Position numbers and translations under genes: made by a program. From NCBI GenBank assembly GCA_965216325.1, contig OZ244160.1:1-64000 (forward strand): DNA of 64,000 bases. The letters run 5' to 3'. Shown here piece after piece: positions 52,283 through 62,050 of this stretch. This stretch comes from Coraliomargarita sp. (GTDB lineage Bacteria > Verrucomicrobiota > Verrucomicrobiia > Opitutales > Coraliomargaritaceae). The notes under the pieces are model-generated. The model was not told where the DNA came from. It made no database searches and worked only from the letters and a program-made list of their open reading frames with translations. How positions within the stretch are numbered: the first letter of the stretch is position 1; every line of letters starts with the position of its first letter.

Positions 52283-53470
52283 ATGTCATCCAAGAAACCA
52301 CTCAAGGTAGGTATGGTTGGTGGCGGCGGTGGTGCATTTATTGCCAACCCCCACCAGAAAGCGATTCACTTTGACGGCACACGTAAAGTGCACTCTGTTG
52401 CGTTGCATCCTGATCCGAAGATCGCGATGGACGAGGCAAACAACTGGGCGTATCCGGTAAAAGGATACGAAAGCTACGACGAGATGATCGCCGTGCAGAA
52501 GGATTTACCGGAAGAGGAGCGCCTAGACTACATTCTTGTGGTCACTCCGAACTTCGTTCACTTCGACCCGTCTTACAAGGCGCTTGAAGCAGGTATTCCA
52601 GTGATGTGCGAAAAGCCGCTCACGGTGAACCTTGAGGAGTCGGAGAAGCTGGTCGCGAAGGCTAAGGAGAAGAACGTTCCGTTTGCGGTTGCGCACACTT
52701 ACGTTGGTCATTGGAGCAGCTGGTTTAGTCGCTTCATTGTGCAGAGCGGTCTGATTGGTGAGGTTCGTTGGGTAGACAGCTACTACATTCAGGGCTGGCT
52801 TGCTGACAAGCTGGAGGATACTGGCCAAATGCAAGCAGCATGGCGCACCGACCCGAAGCGTGCTGGCGCATCCGGTGCCGGTGGTGATATCGGTATCCAC
52901 GCACTTGAGCAGCTCCGCTTTGTGACGGGACTCGACGTGACGGATGTTTCCGCGCACTGCGAATGCATGGTTCCGGGCCGTCCGATTGACGACCATTTCA
53001 CCGCTTACGGAAAGCTTTCCAATGGCGGTAAGTGCATGGTTCGTGCATCGCAAATCTGCCACGGTCATTTGAACGACCTCGGCATTGTCGTTGCCGGCAC
53101 CAAGGGGCTGCTTAAGTGGCGCCAGGAAGACGCCGAGGCCGTAACCATTTGCCTTCCAGGGCAACCGGATCGCACCTACTGGCGTGGGGCGGTGTCGCCG
53201 AATGACGGCTTCCTTGGTGATGTGCCACAGGAGTTGCTTGACGAGCCTACAATTCCATCTGGTCACGTTGAAGGCTTGCATGACGCATTCGCGCGTTTGC
53301 ATCGCGAGTTCGAAAAGGATGTTCGCGCATGGCAAGCAGGTGAGGAGTGGAACTGTGACGGCAGTCGTTATGCGAACGTTGAAGATGGTCGTATGGGCTT
53401 GGCGTTTATCGACGCAGCAGTGGCATCACATCAGAATAACAATGCTTGGACGTCTGTCGATCTAGGCTAA
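52283..53470 (+). CDS. Cytoplasmic Gfo/Idh/MocA oxidoreductase
   Basis: GMVGGGGGAFI, TPN..H, CEKP, YIQGWL, WRTDP, GDIGIH. Confidence 0.92.
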   Translation: MSSKKPLKVGMVGGGGGAFIANPHQKAIHFDGTRKVHSVALHPDPKIAMDEANNWAYPVKGYESYDEMIAVQKDLPEEERLDYILVVTPNFVHFDPSYKALEAGIPVMCEKPLTVNLEESEKLVAKAKEKNVPFAVAHTYVGHWSSWFSRFIVQSGLIGEVRWVDSYYIQGWLADKLEDTGQMQAAWRTDPKRAGASGAGGDIGIHALEQLRFVTGLDVTDVSAHCECMVPGRPIDDHFTAYGKLSNGGKCMVRASQICHGHLNDLGIVVAGTKGLLKWRQEDAEAVTICLPGQPDRTYWRGAVSPNDGFLGDVPQELLDEPTIPSGHVEGLHDAFARLHREFEKDVRAWQAGEEWNCDGSRYANVEDGRMGLAFIDAAVASHQNNNAWTSVDLG

Positions 53471-53480
53471 GATTTTATCC

Positions 53481-54131
53481 ATGATTAATACCCCGCGTAT
53501 CCTTCGTTTGCTGTCTGCGATATGTGTGCTTTTGTGTGCGTGTACGTTATCGGCTTCTGAGCCTAAGTATGATAGTATTGATGAAGCGATTGCGCGGGGT
53601 GACTTGGAGGATGTTAGCTTGCAGTTAACAGCGCACCCGGAGCGCGCGAACAAGGGAAAACACCCTAAGCTGACTCCGTTGAATCAAGCAATTTTACGCA
53701 AGCGCAGTCGGATTGCGTTGGTATTGATTCAGGCTGGGGCGGATGTGAATGCTGCAGATACCAGTAAGCGCACGCCTCTGCATTTGTGTGTGGATCGTGA
53801 TTTACCTGAGGTTGCTAATGCTCTCTTAAAGGCAAAGGCGAAGCCTGATGAATGGGACAAAGCCGGCTGGACGCCGCTACATAATGCGGCGGCCAAGAAT
53901 AAGTTCAAGGTCGCAGAAACCCTCATCCATGGAGGAGCGAACCCAAAAGCTTTGAGCAAACGTGGAGGCACTCCGTTGCACGAAGCTGCCGCGAGTGCTG
54001 AGACTCCGTTGATTCAACTCTTATTAGAGCAAGGAGTGGATCCGGCTGTCGAAGCCGATGACGGCTCTACCGCATTGTCGATTGCTACAGCTGCTGGAAA
54101 CGATGCGGCTATCGAACTTCTCTCAAAATAA
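53481..54131 (+). CDS. Exported ankyrin repeat protein
   Basis: Signal peptide; repeated TPLH/TPLN/TAL motifs. Confidence 0.88.
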   Translation: MINTPRILRLLSAICVLLCACTLSASEPKYDSIDEAIARGDLEDVSLQLTAHPERANKGKHPKLTPLNQAILRKRSRIALVLIQAGADVNAADTSKRTPLHLCVDRDLPEVANALLKAKAKPDEWDKAGWTPLHNAAAKNKFKVAETLIHGGANPKALSKRGGTPLHEAAASAETPLIQLLLEQGVDPAVEADDGSTALSIATAAGNDAAIELLSK

Positions 54132-54141
54132 ATTGTATCCG

Positions 54142-55308
54142 ATGACTCTTGGCTCATTTGTATGTATCGCCTTTGCAGTGACAATAACTCTAACGCTGCA
54201 TGGCAATGGGGCATTTTTTGGGGATCCTCCCGATGAGCAGCGTCCTTGGGCTGTGCATGATCAAAACCGTCCGCAGCCACCTCGAGTTGAGCCTGGTGCT
54301 GTTTTAGGCGATGCGCCCTCGGATGCGCTTGTCCTCTTTGATGGCACGCAAGAATCCTTTGATGTGAACTGGATTCATACGAAGCCTGCCGAGAAGCGCA
54401 AAGGTAACTGGCAGATTGTCGATGGTGCGCTGCAGGTGACTGCTGGAGCTGGTTTTATCTCAACAGTAGAGTCCTTTGGTGATTGCCAACTTCACCTCGA
54501 GTGGGCCGCGCCTGAATTCGTCAAAAAAGACGGGCAAGGACGTGGTAATAGTGGCGTCTTCCTTATGGGCACAGCGGAGGTGCAAATTCTCGATAATTAC
54601 GAAAATCCGACATATCCTGACGGCACTGCAGGAGCTGTTTATGGGGTTATGCCACCAGCTGCGAATGCCTTACGCGCTCGGGGTGAGTGGCAAAGCTACG
54701 ATATCGTCTTTCGGCGTCCGATCGTGAAAGACGGCAAGGTTCTTGATCCCGGGAGGATGACAGTTTTTTGCAATGGCGTTCTTGTTCAGGATATCACCGA
54801 CCTCGAAGGGGGAGGTGGTTATCGCCATCGAAAGCCCTTGAATCGAGTCTTTCCCGAGAAAGCTCCATTGAGACTTCAAGATCATGGTGACCCGGTTCGT
54901 TTTCGAAATATTTGGATTCGATCCATTCGCCCTCGGGCGCTTGATGGCGGTTTTGATGGACGCCTCTCGCCGGAAGCAGCCTTGGTGAAGCGCGCTGAAA
55001 CTGCGGCGATGATTCGCGAGAAGGCTGTAGTGATGCAAGGGCTTGATAAGGCTATGTTACTGCTGGAATCGCTGGTATATGAGGCAGATGATGATGCTCG
55101 TGCCGAAGCCGATGATCTTATTGCTGACTACTTGGAGTGTTTCAAAATTACAACTGATGAGCAGGCCAAGAAGCAGAAGGATCAACTGCTTAATTTGGAC
55201 AAAGCCGTGTGTTTTATGATCAAGCACAAGCGATTGCCTGATGATTATTTTGCAGCCGCTCGACTCAATGAAATCATCGATCGCTACGATTGGAAGCGGA
55301 GGCGATAA
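54142..55308 (+). CDS. Exported DUF1080 protein with helical C-terminal extension
   Basis: WAVHD..RP, PSDALVLFDG, QLHLEW, RGNSGVF, EVQILD, LQDHG. Confidence 0.85.
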   Translation: MTLGSFVCIAFAVTITLTLHGNGAFFGDPPDEQRPWAVHDQNRPQPPRVEPGAVLGDAPSDALVLFDGTQESFDVNWIHTKPAEKRKGNWQIVDGALQVTAGAGFISTVESFGDCQLHLEWAAPEFVKKDGQGRGNSGVFLMGTAEVQILDNYENPTYPDGTAGAVYGVMPPAANALRARGEWQSYDIVFRRPIVKDGKVLDPGRMTVFCNGVLVQDITDLEGGGGYRHRKPLNRVFPEKAPLRLQDHGDPVRFRNIWIRSIRPRALDGGFDGRLSPEAALVKRAETAAMIREKAVVMQGLDKAMLLLESLVYEADDDARAEADDLIADYLECFKITTDEQAKKQKDQLLNLDKAVCFMIKHKRLPDDYFAAARLNEIIDRYDWKRRR

Positions 55309-55359
55309 TAATCACATTTTACCGAACTCAGAACTATAATTAAATAATAAGGAATAGAT

Positions 55360-56394
55360 ATGTCACGTCCTGTCACATTGTTCACCGGCCAATGGGCCGA
55401 TCTATCACTCGCTGAACTGGCTCCAAAGGTAAAGGAAATGGGCTATGATGGTGTCGAGCTCGCTTGTTGGGGCGATCATTTTGATGTGCAGACAGCACTG
55501 AACGATCCAGACTACATCGCGAAGAAGTGGGAGCTACTCGAAGCGAACGGCCTTACTTGTTATGCGATTTCCTCGCACTTGGTTGGGCAGGCGGTCTGTG
55601 ATAACATCGACGAGCGTCATGCGGCGATTCTATCGCCTGAGATTTATGGGAATGGTGAAGCGGAAGGTGTTCGCGAACGTGCCGCTCAAGAGATGAAGGA
55701 CACGGCGAAGGCAGCGCGTAAGTTTTTCGACGCCAAGCCAGGCGGTGCTCCTGAGCGCGTCGTGGTGAATGGCTTTACCGGTTCCTCCATTTGGCATCTC
55801 ATCTATTCCTTTCCGCCTGTTGTGCCGGGTCAGATCGATGCAGGTTTTAAGGACTTTGCAGACCGCTGGACGCCGATTCTTGAGACTTTTGAGCAGGAAG
55901 ATGTCTACTTCGCACTTGAAGTGCATCCGACTGAAATTGCCTTCGATATCGCTAGTGCGGCGCGTGCGATTGAGGCAATCGGCGGGCACAAACGCTTCGG
56001 TTTTAACTACGACCCAAGTCACCTTGGCTATCAAGGTGTGGACTATGTGAAGTTCATTTACGAATTCGGTGAGCGTATCTTCCACAGTCACGTTAAGGAT
56101 GCATGGTGGGGCCATAGCAATGGTGACGTTGGTGTCTTCGGTGGTCACACAGACTTTGGTGATCCACGCCGTTACTGGGATTTTCGTTCACCTGGCCGTG
56201 GTGATGTAAACTTTGAAGAAGTGATCGTCGCGCTCAATGACGTTCAATATAAGGGCCCGCTTTCGGTTGAATGGGAAGATATTCGCATGGATCGTTTTGC
56301 TGGTGCAACGGAGGCTTGTGCGATGACGCGCAAGCTCGATTTTGCTCCAAGTGATGTGGCATTTGATGCTGCATTTGATAAAGAAAACCAATAG
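55360..56394 (+). CDS. Sugar phosphate isomerase/epimerase (xylose isomerase-like TIM barrel)
   Basis: [36 protein letters not shown]. Confidence 0.9.
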   Translation: MSRPVTLFTGQWADLSLAELAPKVKEMGYDGVELACWGDHFDVQTALNDPDYIAKKWELLEANGLTCYAISSHLVGQAVCDNIDERHAAILSPEIYGNGEAEGVRERAAQEMKDTAKAARKFFDAKPGGAPERVVVNGFTGSSIWHLIYSFPPVVPGQIDAGFKDFADRWTPILETFEQEDVYFALEVHPTEIAFDIASAARAIEAIGGHKRFGFNYDPSHLGYQGVDYVKFIYEFGERIFHSHVKDAWWGHSNGDVGVFGGHTDFGDPRRYWDFRSPGRGDVNFEEVIVALNDVQYKGPLSVEWEDIRMDRFAGATEACAMTRKLDFAPSDVAFDAAFDKENQ

Positions 56395-56490
56395 CAGAAT
56401 AGGCATGAGGTTTCTGCCTATTCTAGCTTGATAGTCATTGATGGCTTTCGAGGCTTTTTATACCGCTTTACAAAAATTCTGAGCCTTTAG

Positions 56491-56586
56491 CGAGAGCTGA
56501 GAGTTATTCTGGCAAGGCGGTTGCCTGCTGTTGGGGCGAGACCCTGCTGGAGGCGACCAACGCAGCCAGCCGAACTCTCAGCCTCG
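56491..56586. ncRNA. Candidate structured RNA/DNA element of unknown class
   Basis: gctgagagtt/aactctcagc closing stem with nested ctggc/gccag, aggc/gcct, ttgg/ccaa and ggg/ccc stems. Confidence 0.4.
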
Positions 56587-56589
56587 TCA

Positions 56590-56969
56590 TTCAGATGCGC
56601 GCTCGGGCGAAGGCGGTTAATGGTCGGGGCGAGTCAATGGGCCTGAGGTTGAGATTGAACATGGCCCCGGGCAATCGGGCTACATCCATGGTGAAGCGTG
56701 TGGAGGTGGCGCTGTTTTGAGCCAATATCGAGTGATGTAGCTGTGAAGGAACATCTGTATTTCAAGAACGATGATTGGAATCACTATCGAATCCTTGCTG
56801 AAGCGGCATGAATCCGGACTTGGGGTATAATGGTTGCCCAGTCGCGGATCTGGTGGATCCGGAGTTGTTTGAGCGCTATTCAGATGGCTTTGTCGCGCTC
56901 CAAGTGCATGCTCATTTAAAGGGCGGTGTGGAAATCGGATGGCCCAATCTGTGTACACGCGAGTTATAA
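56590..56969 (+). pseudogene. DUF1080 gene remnant
   Basis: GPEVEIE, SGYIHGEA, DWNHYRI, GFVALQVH, W.NL..REL* across frameshifts and stops. Confidence 0.7.
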
Positions 56970-56996
56970 AAAAAAGAGCGCCCTAAGGTGCTCTTT
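56968..56996 (-). terminator. Intrinsic terminator
   Basis: aaaaaaaagagcgcc-ctaa-ggtgctcttt. Confidence 0.7.
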
Positions 56997-57037
56997 GTGG
57001 AGTGTAAAGCGATCTTGATTGAGTCTTTATTGGTGAA

Positions 57038-57586
57038 TTACTTGAGGAAATTAGCAATTGCTTCGTCGACGACAGACTTGATGCGTGCTTCTCGTGCTGC
57101 GCCTTCAAGCTGTTCGGTGATCTGCTTCGACGCGTAGTTGCGGTAGATCAGCTTGCGCTCTTGGGCATCAATAACATCGATGATGAGGGTGCCTGCTTTG
57201 AAGTCGCGTGAGTAGTTACCTTCAATGGCGACCTTCTTGTGTGCGTAGCTTAGAATCTCTGATCCTGAGTTGATGTAGTAGTTGTCAATTGCTGTTGAAG
57301 CTGCATTGTCTTGGACCAAAATCAGGTAAGCTACAATGAGTTCAGCATCATCACCTGTTTCCTTGAGGCCGCCCTTAGTCAGATTGCTGACGATTTCTTT
57401 CTGAATGATGGAATGGGCTTGGTCATCTTTGTTAGCGAAATGCGTCGAGCTGTCTGGCAATTCTCGGTATAGGCGGAAGGAGTTGTAGCCAGCGCTGGTG
57501 CCTTGGGGAGTTTCGACAGATTTGCAGCCAACGAGGCTGGTAATCAGTGCCGCAAGGATAGGGAGGATGAGGTGTTTTATGTTCAT
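57038..57586 (-). CDS. DUF4136-like lipoprotein
   Basis: Lipobox LVGC; GTLIIDVIDA..KLIYR. Confidence 0.75.
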   Translation of the reverse strand: MNIKHLILPILAALITSLVGCKSVETPQGTSAGYNSFRLYRELPDSSTHFANKDDQAHSIIQKEIVSNLTKGGLKETGDDAELIVAYLILVQDNAASTAIDNYYINSGSEILSYAHKKVAIEGNYSRDFKAGTLIIDVIDAQERKLIYRNYASKQITEQLEGAAREARIKSVVDEAIANFLK

Positions 57587-57665
57587 GATAATCTTGATTT
57601 CGCGATCGTGAGAGTTGTAGCAGGGATTAAAAGCTGGATTCGTTCGAATGTAAAGCGGAGGGTGC

Positions 57666-58733
57666 CTAATCTTTTGTTGGGTCCTTGCGGTTGCGCCTGC
57701 GCTCGGCGTATTGTCTGCGCCGTGCGAACTCTCGCATGTCTACCGCTGGATCATCCTCCTCAAAGATTTCTTGGCCGATGATATGCTCAATGACATCTTC
57801 CATGGTGATCACCCCGGACATCGTGCCAAACTCGTCAACGGCGATCGCGAGTTGTTGGTGTTTCTTGAGGAAGGTTTGAAGTGCATTGTCAGCGGTTGCG
57901 TTATCGGGAACGAAAATTGGCGGCGAAGCGAGGTCGGCGATGCGTAAATCATCTTTATCTTCTGCCTTGGCGCCGAGAAGTTCACGTCGTCGAACAATCC
58001 CGATGATGTTGTCGCGTTCGTCTGTGTATACTGGGATTCGTGCAAAGGGGATGTTGCCGCCTGCGGTTTTAAATAGAGAGCCAATAGTATCATCTGCATT
58101 TATACTATGCACAACTGTTCGGGGTGTCATGATCTGGTGCACTTGGATTTCGTCGAGGCTCAAGGCATTATTGATTAACTCATGTTCATTTGAGGTTAGG
58201 TTACCTTCCTTGGCGCTTTTTTCGGCAAGGAGCATGATTTCCTCTTCGGTGTCGGTTTCATTGCTCGCCTCGGGTTTGATAAATAATTTAACGGTCATGC
58301 CAACAGTCTTTGAGATTGGAGTCATCATCGTGCAGATCCAGCCAAGAGGGAAGATGAGTATTGGCTGTAGGTTGGTTCTGTAGAGCACGCCCAGGTTTTT
58401 GGGTATGATTTCCGAAAAAAAGAGGATCGCAACCGCCATGGATACCGAGACATTGAGTAGCACATTGCTGCTTTCCGACCAAATGTTTACTGCCAGTCCG
58501 CCTACCATCGTTGCGCCGAGTGTGTTGGCGATGGTGTTGAGGCTGAGAATTGCTGAGCTGGTTTCCTCTAATTCGAACTTGCGTTGCTCAAGTCGTTCCC
58601 CGCGTTTGGGGTAACTCTTTTTTAGGGCTTCAATCTCAGCCGTTGTAGTGCTCAGTATCATTGCTTCCAGGATGGAGCAAAGGGCAGACACTAAAATCGT
58701 GAATGCTATGGCGAGAATGAATTCGAAGATCAT
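57666..58733 (-). CDS. CNNM/hemolysin (CorC/TlyC) family CBS-domain protein
   Basis: SALCSILEA, NTIANT, SEIIPK, IMTPR, RIPVY, VDEFG, EDVIE. Confidence 0.92.
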   Translation of the reverse strand: MIFEFILAIAFTILVSALCSILEAMILSTTTAEIEALKKSYPKRGERLEQRKFELEETSSAILSLNTIANTLGATMVGGLAVNIWSESSNVLLNVSVSMAVAILFFSEIIPKNLGVLYRTNLQPILIFPLGWICTMMTPISKTVGMTVKLFIKPEASNETDTEEEIMLLAEKSAKEGNLTSNEHELINNALSLDEIQVHQIMTPRTVVHSINADDTIGSLFKTAGGNIPFARIPVYTDERDNIIGIVRRRELLGAKAEDKDDLRIADLASPPIFVPDNATADNALQTFLKKHQQLAIAVDEFGTMSGVITMEDVIEHIIGQEIFEEDDPAVDMREFARRRQYAERRRNRKDPTKD

Positions 58734-58946
58734 TTGGGACGGGTTATCAGTCCAGTCGATTGATGAGTGGTGTAACCACGCTTTGGATGCTAATAGCATA
58801 TGATGTGCTTGGCTAATACTCGGGTTCAAGCTCTTATTCTATGCGTTCTAAGACTGTGTGATATTTGTGCTAAAGTCTTGACCGACTTTCTATTGAGGCG
58901 ATATCTTAATACCTTTTATTCGATTGTCTCATTACTATATTCTTGT

Positions 58947-59462
58947 ATGAAATACAGTGCACTTTTCATTGCCCCCATCATCGCAGCCGCAGCCTTCTTC
59001 GGCTTTAGCGGTTGCACCACTCTTGAGCAAGGTTTGCCTCAGGATGTCGTGGTCATGTCGTTTCCCAGTGAGGCGAGTATCTATGTAAACGGAGAGGCTC
59101 GTGGTATTACGCCTATGACGCTTCAGTTGCCGCGTAAGCTCGTCCATGAGATCCGTCTGGAGAAGCAAGGCTACAATCCGGCTGTTAAGTATTTTACGCC
59201 TGTTCCTAATGAAAAGGCGGATAACTTTATTCGCTTTGGCCTTTCTCAGGATCTGGGGCACTATGTCGACCTTGAGCCCGGCGCGATCAAGGCCGAGATG
59301 AAGAGTGATTTGGTCCCCGTCTCACGAGGTGCTGACCCATTTGAGCGCATGGCTGAGCAGGCTTTGAAGGCTGACGCTCAGTTGGAAGCGGGCGAAATTA
59401 CGCCTATTGAGCACAAGTTGATCATCGAGCAAATTTTGCAATATTTTGAGGCAAACAGCTAG
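58947..59462 (+). CDS. PEGA-domain lipoprotein
   Basis: Lipobox FSGC; S.P.EASIYVNG...GITP, EKQGY. Confidence 0.8.
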   Translation: MKYSALFIAPIIAAAAFFGFSGCTTLEQGLPQDVVVMSFPSEASIYVNGEARGITPMTLQLPRKLVHEIRLEKQGYNPAVKYFTPVPNEKADNFIRFGLSQDLGHYVDLEPGAIKAEMKSDLVPVSRGADPFERMAEQALKADAQLEAGEITPIEHKLIIEQILQYFEANS

Positions 59463-59510
59463 TTGAACGCTAGCTAAACCACCTAACCACACGAAAGCTA
59501 CCACTAGTCA

Positions 59511-59891
59511 ATGAGCGAACTGCCGCAGAATCTTTTCTATACTTCCGATCATGAATGGGTGCGCCTTAACGACGACGGCACTGCTGCAGTCGGAATTACC
59601 GGGTATGCTCAGGAGAGTTTGGGGGACATTACGTTTGTTGAATTTCCTGAAGCCGGTGCGAGTTTTGATAAGGGGGATGCCTTCGGGGTGGTTGAGTCTG
59701 TTAAGGCGGCTTCCGATTTGTATATGCCTTTGGATGCTGAGGTTCTCGAAGTTAATGATGAGGTGGATGCATCTCCGGAATTGGTAAATCAGGACCCGTA
59801 TGAAGCTGGTTGGTTGCTCAAAATTCGGGTTGCTGATGACGCTCAACTCGCTGATTTACTGAAGCCTGCAGCCTATGCAGAACTTATATAA
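59511..59891 (+). CDS. gcvH: Glycine cleavage system H protein
   Basis: HEW, GIT.YAQ..LGD, VESVKAASD lipoyl motif, DPY..GW. Confidence 0.96.
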   Translation: MSELPQNLFYTSDHEWVRLNDDGTAAVGITGYAQESLGDITFVEFPEAGASFDKGDAFGVVESVKAASDLYMPLDAEVLEVNDEVDASPELVNQDPYEAGWLLKIRVADDAQLADLLKPAAYAELI

Positions 59892-59920
59892 AGACTGAGC
59901 AGTATAAGCTATTTCTTTTT

Positions 59921-59953
59921 AAGAGGGCCCGTGTTTGCGGGCTCTCTTTTTTT
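59921..59953 (+). terminator. Intrinsic terminator
   Basis: gagggcccg-tgtttg-cgggctctc followed by a T run. Confidence 0.8.
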
Positions 59954-60094
59954 GTTAGTTGTCGCGATTCTGCAGGTGCTGCGGGCTCTCAGTTGTATGC
60001 TGACTCATTTTAAGCTCGACAAGTGCCGCTTTAATCACCTAAAGCATAAAGGTTTATGCCACCTCTCTAGTGGTACTTACTTTCAGATTATTCA

Positions 60095-61429
60095 ATGAGA
60101 AAGAAAATTATTAGTGCGCGTAAGTTCATCAAGCCTTCCTTCAGCTATCTGGTTGAGAAGAAGCGCGATGGTGGCGAGTTTACAGACGAAGAAATTCGCT
60201 ATATTGTGGATTCTATTCTTGATGAGGAGCTTCCGGAATTTCAGCAGGCTGCACTTGCGATGGCTGTCTTCTTCCAGGGAATGTCCGCTCAGGAGACTGC
60301 AGTCTTTGCAGAGGAAATGATGCTTTCTGGTGAGGTAATTGACCTGACTGGAATTGCGCGCCCGAAGATCGACAAGTATTCAACGGGTGGTGTTGGTGAC
60401 AAAACGACACTAGTGCTCGGACCTCTCGCTGCGGCTTGTGGTGTAGTGATGCCAACAATGAATGGCGTCGACGAAGAGCATGTGATCAGCAATCTGGATA
60501 AGCTTTCATCGATTCCGAAATTCAACCCGGTTCTTGATTTGAAGGGCTTTCAAGCGCAACTCAAGAAGGTTGGTTGCACCTTTATCAAGCAAGATCCTGA
60601 GATCGCTCCAGTGGATTCGATTCTCTACAAGATGCGTCAGCAAACCGGCACGATACCAAGTCTGCCATTGATCACTGGTTCTGTTCTTAGCCGTAAGCTT
60701 GCTGAGGGCGCTGAAGGTCTGGTTATTGACGTGAAGTGGGGGAATGGATCGTTTATCAAAGATGTTGAGCAGGCGAAGCAGCTTGCTCGCTCAATTACAC
60801 GCGTTGGCCGCTCGATGAAGCGCCGCTGTGTCGCTCTTGTCACCGATATGAATCAGCCGCTTGGCGATACGGTTGGCACTGCTCTTGAGATTAAGGAAGC
60901 GATCCAGCTACTGAAGGGCGAGGGGCCCGAAGACTTGCAAGAGTTGGTCCTCAAGTTGGGCATGGAGATCGTTCGCCTTGCGGGTGTTGCGGGCTCGACA
61001 CTCTCTGCGAAGCAGACAGTTCAGCGTCATCTCAAGGATGGTTCTGCTCTGGAGAAGTTTAAGGAAATGGTCGAAGCTCAGGGGGGCGACACCAAGTTGA
61101 TCGACGACCCTGATAAGTTCCCAACAGCGAAGCACGTTCGTAAGCTTCCTGCTCCTAAGCGTGGCTATGTCCACACTATCAATGCCGGTATGATTGCCGA
61201 AGGCGTGCAGAAGCTGGCGATGAAGAAAAATGGCAAGTATGATCCAGCGGTTGGTGTTTCCGAAATCAAGAAAGTGGGGACGCAGGTTAAGCAAGGTGAG
61301 CCACTCATGATGATTCACTACAATGATGAGGCGAAAATGGAAGAGGCGCTTGAATACCTCAAGACGGCTTATCGTTTGGCACCAAAGCGTCCAAATCCGC
61401 CGGAACTCATTGTCGAGCGTGTCGCTTAA
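60095..61429 (+). CDS. Thymidine/pyrimidine-nucleoside phosphorylase homologue with degenerate active-site motifs
   Basis: KKRDG, STGGVGDK, DVK.G.G, TDMNQPLG, ALE..EA; see findings. Confidence 0.85.
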   Translation: MRKKIISARKFIKPSFSYLVEKKRDGGEFTDEEIRYIVDSILDEELPEFQQAALAMAVFFQGMSAQETAVFAEEMMLSGEVIDLTGIARPKIDKYSTGGVGDKTTLVLGPLAAACGVVMPTMNGVDEEHVISNLDKLSSIPKFNPVLDLKGFQAQLKKVGCTFIKQDPEIAPVDSILYKMRQQTGTIPSLPLITGSVLSRKLAEGAEGLVIDVKWGNGSFIKDVEQAKQLARSITRVGRSMKRRCVALVTDMNQPLGDTVGTALEIKEAIQLLKGEGPEDLQELVLKLGMEIVRLAGVAGSTLSAKQTVQRHLKDGSALEKFKEMVEAQGGDTKLIDDPDKFPTAKHVRKLPAPKRGYVHTINAGMIAEGVQKLAMKKNGKYDPAVGVSEIKKVGTQVKQGEPLMMIHYNDEAKMEEALEYLKTAYRLAPKRPNPPELIVERVA

Positions 61430-61448
61430 TCGGTGAATTCTTTAAAGC

Positions 61449-61483
61449 AAAAGCCCCACCTGTGATCAGGTGGGGCTTTTTTT
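61449..61483. terminator. Bidirectional intrinsic terminator
   Basis: aaaagccccacctg-tgat-caggtggggctttttt between convergent genes. Confidence 0.85.
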
Positions 61484-61505
61484 GTAGAATACTGAAGGTG
61501 CTTCT

Positions 61506-61898
61506 TTAAGCCATCAGGAAATCTGCAATATAGTGCAGGAGGTTTTGCTTGGATGCATGGCTTGATATGTCCGCAAAGAACGGGAAAAATCGGCCCTGTA
61601 GGCTGCCGATCTGTAGGATCTCGGCAAATACATAGGGCTTGCCGTTCACTTCTGCCACTTTCAGGTCCAGCACTAGGCGGACACCGTTGAATTCCTTGAG
61701 GACGGAAAACGTTGCAAAGCCACTTGGGTTGTTTGGCTCGCAAGGCGTGTAGTCAAATTGGGAGTTGGCGCCCGTGAGCTGGGATTTTAGCCAACGACTG
61801 GCTTCGGACACAACTTTGAGTGCTTGTTGCGGCTGGTCGCGTTTAATGTTCAGGATAAGCGAGAGCTCATCTGCTGGATCTGGATTGCCACTATGCAT
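61506..61898 (-). CDS. Hypothetical protein
   Basis: 130-aa ATG ORF filling the gap and ending at a terminator; no family recognised. Confidence 0.6.
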   Translation of the reverse strand: MHSGNPDPADELSLILNIKRDQPQQALKVVSEASRWLKSQLTGANSQFDYTPCEPNNPSGFATFSVLKEFNGVRLVLDLKVAEVNGKPYVFAEILQIGSLQGRFFPFFADISSHASKQNLLHYIADFLMA

Positions 61899-62050
61899 AT
61901 TGGGATTACTTTCTATGTTCGTGTTTAAATTGATTCTCCATGCTGCAAAATGCTCGGCAAGGTTTTGTCTAAGTTGTTGTTCGATTCACGTGTGTCTACT
62001 AACTGTGATTACGAGATTGAATACCCGGCTCGGTGAGACCTCTAGTGTGG

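Noticed and set aside
56491..56586. Glycine riboswitch, SRP RNA or tRNA-Sec identity
   Set aside because: AACTCTCAG is present, but CCGAAG and CAGG are missing; no SRP CAGG/GNRA/AGCA motif; no cloverleaf or CCA end
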